Source: Octopus bimaculoides (lineage: Eukaryota). Taken from it: a DNA stretch of 45,124 bases. A program made the translations under genes and the position numbers. Positions 10,049 to 20,369 of this stretch are shown here, piece by piece. Positions within the stretch are counted from its first letter, which is position 1; every line of letters starts with the position of its first letter. The notes beneath the pieces are model-generated. The model was not told the DNA's origin, made no database searches, and was given only the letters and a program-made list of their open reading frames with translations. Location of the stretch: contig NC_068982.1 in the NCBI RefSeq assembly GCF_001194135.2, forward strand, positions 179,324,969 through 179,370,092. The letters run 5' to 3'.

Positions 10049-12539
10049 GTGTTGACGGTTGGGAAAAAGAGCTGTTAATCCAATAATAGTGATTTAATAC
10101 TATTTTATTTCGAGTCTGTCGCTTGCTTCAGAGATTCACCAGTAAATACACAGATCTCCAAACAAGTTGTGAGACGACAAAAATACAATAATAGCAATAC
10201 TTACGGCAACTTTTTAACCGGGCTAATACACTTAATATTAGCTTGCAATAACTTAATGTAAAATTATTCAGATGAAGCAATTTTTTAATTATGGAGTCCC
10301 TTTAGCTTATATTACGGCGTTTGCTTGATTAGGTATAAATTTCATTCATTTAACAATGACAGACTGATTCATGTTGTCCAATCTCCGTTGCATGAAACTA
10401 AAAATCAGGTTTTTGTGCCACCTATTCAGAGATATGATTCTACGAGTTTCTTCTTTTCCAAGCTTGTGGTAACTTGCAACTTGTTCTATGACATAAGAAC
10501 CCATATTCTTGGAAAGGTATGTTCTTCATATCAATTCCTACATTGCAATGGGTAATTGATATTTTCATGTGGTTGACAATATTTTGAGCCTTTTGATTAT
10601 ATGTTCTGATTTTTCTGACGTCCAAACTGCTCCCCTGTTTCTCCATGTTTAGCAGTTCTTAGCAAATAAATTCTGTTGGTTCAATTTTGTTGTGTCAAAT
10701 TCCGTTGTTTCAATTTTGTTGTGTCACATGCGTATTTGTCTTGTACAGGAAAACTAGTAGAATTTGCTTTCGTCATACCATGTTATTAAACTACAAATCT
10801 TGTTTTGTTGCCGAACCCCTTAGCCCAGTTTTAAGATTTTGGTCATATTAGCTTTTAAAATCATTTCATAACTTTTTGTTCAAATCCAAAGTGACATATT
10901 CATAAAATTTTGCAATTTCTAACAATTGCAAAATCTCAATTGCCCACCTTTTCCCCTCTCAGAAACTTTCTCCAAATGATGACAGCGGCCTACCACTGAC
11001 GTCACTCGGAGATAAGCTCGATATCTTTGAGTAAACAATGTCTATAAAGAGAATATTTTTATCCGAGTTAAAATCCCAGAGCAAATACCTTTCATTATGA
11101 TGCTCTCTTTATTGCTACACGCCTGAACGTTTCCTACACGCACACACACACAACGTTCTAAAGAAAAACAAACTGTGGCAAAACATTTAATTTAGAACAA
11201 GTTCTCTACTGTTGATTTAGATTGCATCATTTATGCTATGCACCACCAGTAGTAACCACAGAGGTACTACTTTGAAGATAAAATGTAAAATAAAACCAAG
11301 ACAAATTTTCTTAGTCTGATTAACCATTCGGTATGAAAGTTTGATAAAATATTATCATGGCAACTCCTTTCTATGTAATAATATATATTATGTAATGTAA
11401 GAAATCTTTAGTGAAGTCGAAATCTATTGCTCGCTCTCACTACCACGAAGCTATTTTTGTACACAGTTAAATTTATACCTTGTTTATTTAGAAAGAAATA
11501 TTTACCCTGAATCGGCGTCTCTTTTGGAGTAGGAAGTAAGTAAAAAACACATCAATCAATGCCATAAGATAAATTATTTTCTTAGATGAATACCTTACGT
11601 TCTTTGACATTATCCATTGACCTATATATTCTTTGAAATCTAACTTTTGAAATTTAATACATAAATGTGTTGAGTACTCAGAACACATCAGAGAAAAGTT
11701 AAATGCTGTCTTGTCATTTCGACGCACTAATATGTAGTGTTGTTAATCTGCTGTAAATCTTTATTAAATTAGACACCATAGAAAATATATTGCTGCAGAA
11801 ATCAAATCTTGTAAACATAAATGGTTTAGTCGGTCTGTTGTATCAGAATCATTTAAAAGTACCTAAACATTATTTCTTCTAATAATGAGGAAATTCTATT
11901 ATAAACAATAGGCAAGCGATGTAAATATCTGTTTCAAAGCCTGCCCAAAAGTTAATCTAAACAGAACAATTGATTCTATTCAACATTTTACCAGCTGTTA
12001 TGTCTATCATAAACATACTCAATCCTAATGTATTCTTTTTTCGTTCTTATAAATTCTTCTACAATGTTACATTTCTTGAAAAATATATTACCTTTAAGTG
12101 TTGCTTAAGTATTGAAACCTGCTTCCCAACTGATTTTCTCTCTCACAGACACATATACTAACATATATACTACAACTTACCTAATAGGTAAGTGCCACTT
12201 ACCCATTTGGAAGAATTATGTACTTGAAATATAAACTCTTGCATCACGTCACACATATACATACTTACACAAACATACTGTTGCATATACGAATATACTT
12301 ACCCTCCAAGAAAACGAAGCAGAAATCACGTGGTCACTTCACTTACAAGAAATAACAGTTAAACCTATCTAAAAACACTCTTTAGAACTTAAAAGAGGGG
12401 AAATGCGTTGGATAATGTAGTTCCAGATACAGTTTGTCTGAAAACCACATAAGCAGTGATGTTCATGAGTGAGATATTTTTCATCATAGGCTAGGAATTT
12501 TAGAGTTAACTCAGACTAAACAGAAAAACAGCTAATTTA

Positions 12540-12915
12540 AGGCAAAAGCTGTGTGCTTAAGAAACTAGCTTTGCGACTACATGGTTTCAGGTTCAGTCCC
12601 GCTGCGTGGCATCTTGAGAAAGTGTCTTCTACTATAGTCCTGAGCTGACCAATCTTGTGAATGAATTTGGCTGAAAGAAGATATGTGGAAGTACGTCGTA
12701 TGTGTATATGTTTGTGTTTGTGTACGCTCTCCACCGCTGGACAGCAGATGTTTGTTAATGTCCTCATAACCTAGCAGTTCGGCAAATGAAACCAAAAGAA
12801 TAAATACTAGGTTTAAATGACAAGACCTTGAGTTCATTTGTTCGATTAAACCGTTGAAGTTGATACCCTAGCATGACCGCAGTCGAAGGAGTGATTAAGT
12901 AAAAGAAATATAAAA
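12540..12915 (+). mobile_element. Near full-length tRNA-derived SINE (family B)
   Basis: Degenerate Pol III-like head (GCTGTGTGCTTAAG...GGTTCAGTCCC), central TG-rich part, and 3' tail CCCTAGCATGACCGCAGTC...AAGTAAAAG; matches partial copies elsewhere in the window. Confidence 0.75.
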
Positions 12916-12956
12916 GATAAATCAGTAAGAGTAAACCTTTTACACGGGACGCTTAC

Positions 12957-13154
12957 AAAACAGCACATTATTAAAACAACGCATTATCAAAAGAACACAC
13001 TATTGAAACAATACACTATTGAATTAATACACTATTTCGACAATGTTCTATTAAAATAGTACACCATTAAAACAGTGCCTCATTAAATCAGTACGCCATT
13101 TAAACAATGAATTATTAAAATTGTTCTATTAAACTCGAACGCCATTAAAACAGT
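12957..13154. repeat. Diverged 16-bp minisatellite (~12.5 units)
   Basis: Units such as AAAACAGCACATTATT, GAAACAATACACTATT, AAAATAGTACACCATT, AAATCAGTACGCCATT; period 16 with one 14-nt unit. Confidence 0.8.
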
Positions 13155-15528
13155 CAGTTTCACTTATTCGATGAACTGAATTGCTCGGTTAAATTAACGT
13201 GTAGTTAGATGAGTATTCGATTGACACGTGGCACATACTTCGAGCAAGATCAAAGTGACACGATATGCGATAAAGCTGAATGTTTCAGTTACATGTACAA
13301 CCAATTCGGCGGACATCTACCCAATTTTCGTCTTCTTAATTTTACTCAAAATATTTGGTAAATATGAGATTATAGAAGAAGACACTGGCCCAAGATGCTA
13401 TATTGTGAGATCAAAAGCCTGGATCTTCTGATTGCAAAGTAATCTTTTCAACGACTTTGTCATGTCTGGATCCAACGTGGTATACATCAATTATCAACTA
13501 CTCCTATTTTTCCTCTTTTTCTTCGGTCTACCACAAATGAATCTCATTCTTAAATAATATTTTAAAGTATTGTCTGTTTCTTCGTCATGAGGAACTGGAA
13601 GATCCACCATTAAAATACAATCTTACTAAATCATTATTTTATGGCACATTTGAAGAAGTAGGATCTGTGCCCATAATATAGTTTGGCTTTCCCAGATTGG
13701 TCAAATTGATGCGATTGTTATATATCTTTAACATATGGCTGACTTAGATAGAAAAAAACGTAGGCTGGAACGGAAACTGAAAAGCATTGTTGCTATAGAA
13801 AAAGTGGATTGGGCAATGCTTTTTATACGGATGACAATGATGGAGAGATATTGTCATGGAGTGCTACGTGGAGAGAGATTTCAATATCTAGTTTAGAAGA
13901 ACAGAGTCTGATAGTGTAACAATAGATTGGCAATAGAAAAAAACGGTGCCTGACATGGATATTTTAGTGTATTGATAAATTAATCATTGTCAATAATCGA
14001 GAGGCAATACTATCTCAAGTGTGACAGGTATATATCAAGGGAGGTAATATTTCAGTTTTGTAAAAGGTCGGCAACGGATGAGTGCTGAAGTATTTTCTGG
14101 TGCTTAACTGTATTTGAAATGAAATTGTTGTTGCCAGTATATGTAGTAATTTTATACCAATACGATAACACAAGTCTACAATAATGTTGCTTTTTGTGAA
14201 GGTGAAGAAAATTTTAGGGGAAGTTTGGCACTCGGATTTCTAATACAACACTTTTATCTAACACGTCGACTTTAATCACTAAGCACCACAGGTCAGGAGC
14301 ACGAAATTATCCACTTTTGGCATTTTAGGAAATATACCGGTGGTTTTAATTCTTTGTTTCAAAGCATTCTTTTAATTCAAATTTGAAGTAGCACCTGCAA
14401 GACATTTTACGATGAAATCAAGTTAATTTCTTATAAAGCCAGTATGCCACATATACCTAGTGGATATATTACAAGATTGTAACAAGGGAACGAGATTGTA
14501 AAGTAATGAGCCAATAAAAGACAGATATTTAACCTAACCTCGCTTTCAAGCTGTCAATGAAAATTGCCATTTGTCTTATTCGCATTCACATCACATTGCA
14601 TTAACGTTATAACATTAAACAAAGTCATCTTCCATATGTTGACAAAAATATGTTGTCATCAGAGTTACATTTATTCGTCTTTGACCTTGAAAATACTATT
14701 GAGACCTTTGTAAGATTTAATTCGAGGCCAAAATCATCTAATTTAAACTGAGTGAATGAGTTCGGTAAGCTTGAATCACCCGGTGACTTATACTAGAATA
14801 TAGCCCAATAAAAACATTCTCCAGATTAACTGTCTGAAATAGAATATTTTTCTATATTATTTGGGAAATACCTAGAACCTGAGAATATTAGTAAATACCT
14901 TTTATTACTTTAGGGTCTATTTTCATTAAAAACTACAGCTCTGTTAGAGAATATGATATCGATTTCAACTGATGACGTTACCTCAATGATTGGAAGGCAA
15001 AATGCCCTGTAGCATTAAAATTATATCTTGAAATTATGGCGTTGCATTAAAATGTTCATAATTACAATCTAGGAGTAAAACCATGGGACCATGAGACTTA
15101 TTTTCAAACATTCACATGGTAAAGATATTACAACAATGAAATAAAATCACGTAGTAAATGCGATCACCTATTCAGGATCATTTTTCTCTGAACATTATAA
15201 ACAATATATATAAACAAATATATAAGACTGCTCTTTCATATGAAAGTCTGATGGCTCTCCAGTGGAAATTGCTTAGCAAGAGTTATAAAACTTTTTACAC
15301 CATAGTTATCACTCTAGGATACGAAGGGTATTAAGATATTAGTAAAGAAATTTGAAAGCTTAAAAATAACTTATTATCTAGCTTCGATATTTCGAAAGTT
15401 TAATGAGGTATGACATCAACTTCAAGGAAAAATCAATACGCTGATTGGTTGTAAAAATCTTTTGAAAGGATTTACTGAACAACTGGAAAAATTTCAAGTC
15501 AGTTTACTTCAGAAAAATATTTCCCAGC

Positions 15529-15542
15529 ATACTTCAACTATA
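15529..15542 (+). repeat. Target-site duplication, left copy (ATACTTCAACTATA)
   Basis: Identical 14-mer at 15977-15990. Confidence 0.9.
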
Positions 15543-15622
15543 CAGTTCTATATTTAAGAGATGAAGAATTATGTTACATTATTTACATTTGACGGATATT
15601 TGTCCTCATCTTGCTGGTTGTT

Positions 15623-15668
15623 AACACAACGTTTCGGCTGATATACCCTCCAGCCATCATCAGGTGTC
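15623..15668 (-). ncRNA. Minimal type I hammerhead ribozyme motif
   Basis: Minus strand GACAC-CUGAUGA-U-GGCUG(GAGGGUAUAU)CAGCC-GAAAC-GUU-GUGUU. Stem I GACAC/GUGUU, intact CUGAUGA and GAAA cores, 5-bp stem II, loopless palindromic helix III (ACGU), predicted cleavage after GUU. Confidence 0.8.
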
Positions 15669-15716
15669 TTGGGGAAATTTCGAATCTGGGTTCTCATGCC
15701 TAAGGTATTTTTTCGA

Positions 15717-15747
<31 letters not shown>

Positions 15748-15786
15748 GTTGTTGTTGTTGTTGTTGTTGTTGAATCTGTTGTTGTT

Positions 15787-15861
15787 CAGGTCACTGCCTG
15801 GAATCGAACTCGGAATCTTGGGGTTAGTAGCCCGCGCTCTTAACCACTACGCCATATGCCC
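15787..15861 (-). promoter_or_regulatory. tRNA-derived head with Pol III A and B boxes (not a functional tRNA)
   Basis: A box TGGCGTAGTGG, anticodon-like arm GCGGG-CTACTAA-CCC, B box GAGTTCGATTCC; the acceptor stem does not close properly. Confidence 0.8.
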
Positions 15862-15976
15862 ACAGACATGTGGCGTAGTGGTTAAGAGCGCGGGCTACTA
15901 ACCCCAGCCGAAACGTTGTATTAACAACAAACAAGATGAGGGCAGATATTCGTCAAATGTAAATTATGTAAATAAT

Positions 15977-15990
15977 ATACTTCAACTATA
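15977..15990 (+). repeat. Target-site duplication, right copy
   Basis: Identical to 15529-15542. Confidence 0.9.
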
Positions 15991-16574
15991 TTTTTCACTT
16001 TACAAAACAGATCCTGAAGCGTATTCTGGATTCCTGTTATCGTTAAAAACTGATATGAACAAATGCGTCTCAGATTTGTTTTCCTTTGAAGTACAGCTAT
16101 AGAGGATAAATCCATTAAATTGTGACGTTTCTTCCGGTGAAGAATAATAAATTCCATAACAATATTCAAAACGAATAAATTCCATAACGATATTATTATG
16201 AATTAAAAAAGATGTATGATAAAGTTGGTAAAACTGAATTTTGGTCATTAAAATACTGTAAAACACTATATCTAAGAGCATAGACCAAAACTGCCAAAAT
16301 TATTATTTGTTCTTCGAATGTATATAGAGTTGAAACTGGAGTGAGTGTAGAGAAGAAATTAATAAATTAAGAAATAGATTATATGCAAAAGGGGTGATAT
16401 AAAAAATTTAGCTCGGTGTTACTGAACTGACCATTGCATATTCGGAAAGGAAAAAACAAAAAACAAACCAAAACACCTATCGCAAGGATCTCATTAAATA
16501 TAATATTCATCTATAAAATTTTTATATTACTTTCTATTTGAGCAGGATGGACTACTCGATCTGAAAAAATTTCT

Positions 16575-16750
16575 AACTGGACCCCACCTGCAATGTTATG
16601 TGTTGTTTATCTTGATATGAGATCACCACGTCGCGCACATGTGTTCGTACCTGGAGTAGTCGTATCAGACGGGTAGTAATGATGGGTATATTGGGCTTTG
16701 TATATTTGTACCTCAGTGTCACTTTGATGGCATACGTTGTTCTCTCACTC
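16575..16750 (+). mobile_element. Probable retroposon 3' end that supplies the (AAT)n tail
   Basis: Complex, relatively GC-rich segment running directly into (AAT)n; family not determined. Confidence 0.35.
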
Positions 16751-16769
16751 AATACTAATAATAATAATG

Positions 16770-16854
<85 letters not shown>

Positions 16855-16873
16855 TAATAATAATAATAATAAT
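16751..16873. repeat. (AAT)n microsatellite
   Basis: Seen directly. Confidence 0.98.
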
Positions 16874-17821
16874 AGGACTCAAAGCAGAGACTGAAGGATT
16901 TTTAATTGCTGCACAAGACCAGAGCCTCCCCACCAGAAATTACCAAAAACACATAATGAAAAGAAATATAACAAGTAACTGCAGAATATGTGGAGATCGA
17001 CAAGAAACAATAAATCATNNNNNNNNNNNNNNNNNNNNNNNNNNNNNNNNNNNNNNNNNNNNNNNNNNNNNNNNNNNNNNNNNNNNNNNNNNNNNNNNNN
17101 NNNNNNNNNNNNNNNNNNNNNNNNNNNNNNNNNNNNNNNNNNNNNNNNNNNNNNNNNNNNNNNNNNNNNNNNNNNNNNNNNNNNNNNNNNNNNNNNNNNN
17201 NNNNNNNNNNNNNNNNNNNNNNNNNNNNNNNNNNNNNNNNNNNNNNNNNNNNNNNNNNNNNNNNNNNNNNNNNNNNNNNNNNNNNNNNNNNNNNNNNNNN
17301 NNNNNNNNNNNNNNNNNNNNNNNNNNNNNNNNNNNNNNNNNNNNNNNNNNNNNNNNNNNNNNNNNNNNNNNNNNNNNNNNNNNNNNNNNNNNNNNNNNNN
17401 NNNNNNNNNNNNNNNNNNNNNNNNNNNNNNNNNNNNNNNNNNNNNNNNNNNNNNNNNNNNNNNNNNNNNNNNNNNNNNNNNNNNNNNNNNNNNNNNNNNN
17501 NNNNNNNNNNNNNNNNNNNNNNNNNNNNNNNNNNNNNNNNNNNNNNNNNNNNNNNNNNNNNNNNNNNNNNNNNNNNNNNNNNNNNNNNNNNNNNNNNNNN
17601 NNNNNNNNNNNNNNNNNNNNNNNNNNNNNNNNNNNCAGGACTTACAAATATATATAACATACAGAAAATTGCACTACTGGGTACTGCACACATTCTACGC
17701 AAAACACTTTCATTACAGTAAACATAAGAGCACCACAACAAACCACAGCACATACCCAAGGCGCACAGAGCTGCGCTCGGTAGTGAAGTGAAAGCACGTT
17801 ATAAAAATAAAACTACTGAAC
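16874..17821 (+). mobile_element. 5'-truncated R4/Dong-like RLE LINE between (AAT)n arrays
   Basis: GLKAETEGFLIAAQDQSLPTRNYQKHIMK...CRICGDRQETINH (zinc knuckle start), N gap, then GLTNIYNIQKIALLGTAHILRKTLSLQ*, a 3' UTR with hairpin GCGCA-CAGAGC-TGCGC, and an (AAT)n tail. Confidence 0.9.

Positions 17822-17889
<68 letters not shown>
17822..17889. repeat. (AAT)n tail / target array
   Basis: Seen directly. Confidence 0.97.
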
Positions 17890-20110
17890 GCCACTGCTGA
17901 GAACCGCTCGAATACTACTAATAATATTAATAATAAAACGACAACAATACATAAATAAGTAAAAGTTTTGAAATTCCCAACAGATGTATACCATTATAAA
18001 TAACACAGTTAAAAATAAATCTACCATTCAAATATTAAATATTAAGTGAAATATATATCTATACCGTTCAAAGATCGAGGTACTGCACGCAACACGAACC
18101 GATCTCTCTCTATTTCTCTCTTTCTCTCTCTGTCTCTCACTATATATATATATATATATATATNNNNNNNNNNNNNNNNNNNNNNNNNNNTATATAAACA
18201 ATTAAAATATACTTATGCGGTTATATCTCGAACGAACTACTCTTGAATAGCAAATGGCGTCTTGACTACTTAATATATTGATTTAAGTTAAAGTAATAGT
18301 AGTAGCAGCTGCAACAGCAGTTGTAATATTATTAGTAATGTTAATATAGGTAAGATGATAGATGATACAAATATGTATTAATGAATAATGTATGTATATA
18401 TGTGTGTGTATATGTGTGTGTGCGTACATGTATGTATTGTGTGTAAGTTTGTGTTTGTGTGTGTGTGTATATGTGTGTGTATGCATGTGTGAGTGTGATT
18501 GCGTGTGTGTGTGTATTTACTACAGTTATTGCAACTATTAAAATATTTACTTCTAACGATGAAACACGCGAAAGTGTTAATCTAATCTTCCTAACAATTA
18601 ATTCAGTTTCAAAGAAAGCAGTAGATTTATTTGCCTTAAAATTTCAATGATGCTGTCCAGTCTGTGTCAAATTTAATCGCTGCAAATGATTAATAAATAC
18701 CACGAGTAATCGTTATGGATTACATATAATAGGGTGAAAGAGGTAGTAACTTGATGAAAGTAACGTAGTTAATGCACAGTTTAATTTTTTATAACTCGCA
18801 AAGCCTTCAATCGTGTCTTCCTAAGTTGTCTTTCTATGGTGCTGTCTCATAGGAATTACTGGGGGGTGCTGCGACTGAATACAACAGCTACAACTCAACG
18901 GAAGTGGTTTTATGCGGTCACTTGACTAAGAGTAGCCAAGTCTCCTTAAAATCACACTTCTCTTTTGAATTAAGACACATTAGATAACGTAGTCTTGAGT
19001 TTCATAGTCATAAGGAAAAGAACTGTTTCATTATAATTTTTTTTTCCTAATGTGTTTATAATTTCGAATTGGATATTGGAGTGTCGTCTAGCAGTGTATG
19101 CATCAAACCCGTGCCTCATGTTTGTCATCTAGAACTCACAAAACTTTAGGGTCATCTACGAGAAATATGAAGACCTGACGACAGAATTAGAGAAATATAT
19201 GTTTCGAAACGATAAGCATTGAATGTATTGTCTCTTAAGATGAGTGTGAAGTTAAGACTCGAAAGTAGGAAAAATGTTATATTTTACTGTTCTAGTCAGT
19301 TTTCGTTCTCTGCTTTGTTTTAGCCAAGCTAAATCCATGCTGTAACACCACATAATAGAATAGATTTGAGGGCTGCAATCAGGAATTGAAACTACATGGA
19401 AAGTTTGGCTGACCAGGCGTGATTCAACCTCTACTCTCTCGACTTTAGCTATAAATATGATGAGTTATTAATTTCACTCAGATAAAGTAAATATAGCGAA
19501 ACACCAAATGTCTAAATTTTATACTTGATTTTCCGTAATCTGTTTATTTATAAATGGATGATTAATGTTATGTACTTCAAAGAGAGAAATCAGAGTGTTC
19601 ATATCTTTAAGTATTGCAAGGTCATAAAAAGATTTAAAGCTTTCAAATGGGAAACGAAAATGACTGTTGGACGCGATTCATCTGGAAACATTACGACAAC
19701 TTTCGTTTTCCAACTGATTTCTTATACACATTTTATTGTTATTTATCTAATGTCAATTCCATGTAGTCGTCTTCATGAAAGAAAAACGTCAAATCATTTT
19801 GTTATTTTCAAGTTATAAATGAAATCATTCGGTTTAAACATTTAAACATCTTTTTCTCTAAATAAAAATACGTAACATTCTAAATGCATAAAATCTCATC
19901 TGCTCATAAATTGTTGTCCCTGCATATACCAAACCGGGTCATGTGAAGTATATGAGAAAATTATTTTTATTTTCAATTTAATTTAGTTTAGTTTATCGGA
20001 GTTTGTACGAAATAGAGTTGCGGGCATAAATAGAGACAAGTGCACAGAGACATATGTATTCACTAACTGGAACGCTCTCTCCTCCTATCAACATCTCCTT
20101 CTCCTTCATC

Positions 20111-20146
<36 letters not shown>

Positions 20147-20174
20147 ATACACATATATATGTATCTGTTGGTGA

Positions 20175-20345
20175 GGATAATAATAATAACAATAACAACA
20201 ACAACAACAACAATAATAACAATAATAACAACAATAATAATGATAAAGTTTTCAAATTTTGGCACAAGGCCAGTAAATTCGAGGGCAAAGTAAGTCGATT
20301 GGATTGACTCCAGGGTACAAATGGGATGAAAGGATGAAAGGCATG
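20175..20345 (-). mobile_element. SINE family A 3' fragment with (TTA/TTG)n tail
   Basis: TTTCAAATTTTGGCACAAGGCCAG...AAGTCGAT...GACTCCAG...GAAAGGATGAAAGGC matches 22212-22320 and 38162-38290. Confidence 0.65.
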
Positions 20346-20369
20346 ATACTTAGTGAGACAAGAATAAAA

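Larger units (their letters stand above)
15543..15976. mobile_element. Fold-back (head-to-head) tRNA-headed, hammerhead-containing retroelement
   Basis: Perfect 35-bp inner inverted repeat (15820-15854 / 15871-15905); outer inverted repeat 15583-15640 / 15905-15962 with 6 mismatches in 58 nt; 14-bp TSD; internal deletion in the right arm. Confidence 0.88.

Noticed and set aside
10325-10740. Mutator-like transposase remnant plus 29-bp tandem duplication (10668-10725)
   Set aside because: The duplication is real but minor; the protein similarity (FPRIW, NRWHKNL) is too weak to call.
12957-13154. CRISPR-like array
   Set aside because: 16-bp period with no distinct repeat and spacer, no cas genes, eukaryotic context.
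13340-13431. Gypsy integrase C-terminal-like IIEEDTGPRCYIVRS
   Set aside because: Single short motif with no integrase core or LTR nearby.
13700-14050. Minus-strand Penelope-like thumb remnants (LDIEI, CHPYKK, KSIAQS)
   Set aside because: Needs several frameshifts for a few short matches; cannot be separated from chance by eye.
15787-15905. Functional tRNA gene(s)
   Set aside because: The acceptor stem does not close, the anticodon would be the unusual ACT, and the sequence is embedded in a TSD-flanked repeat; the right copy lacks the T arm.
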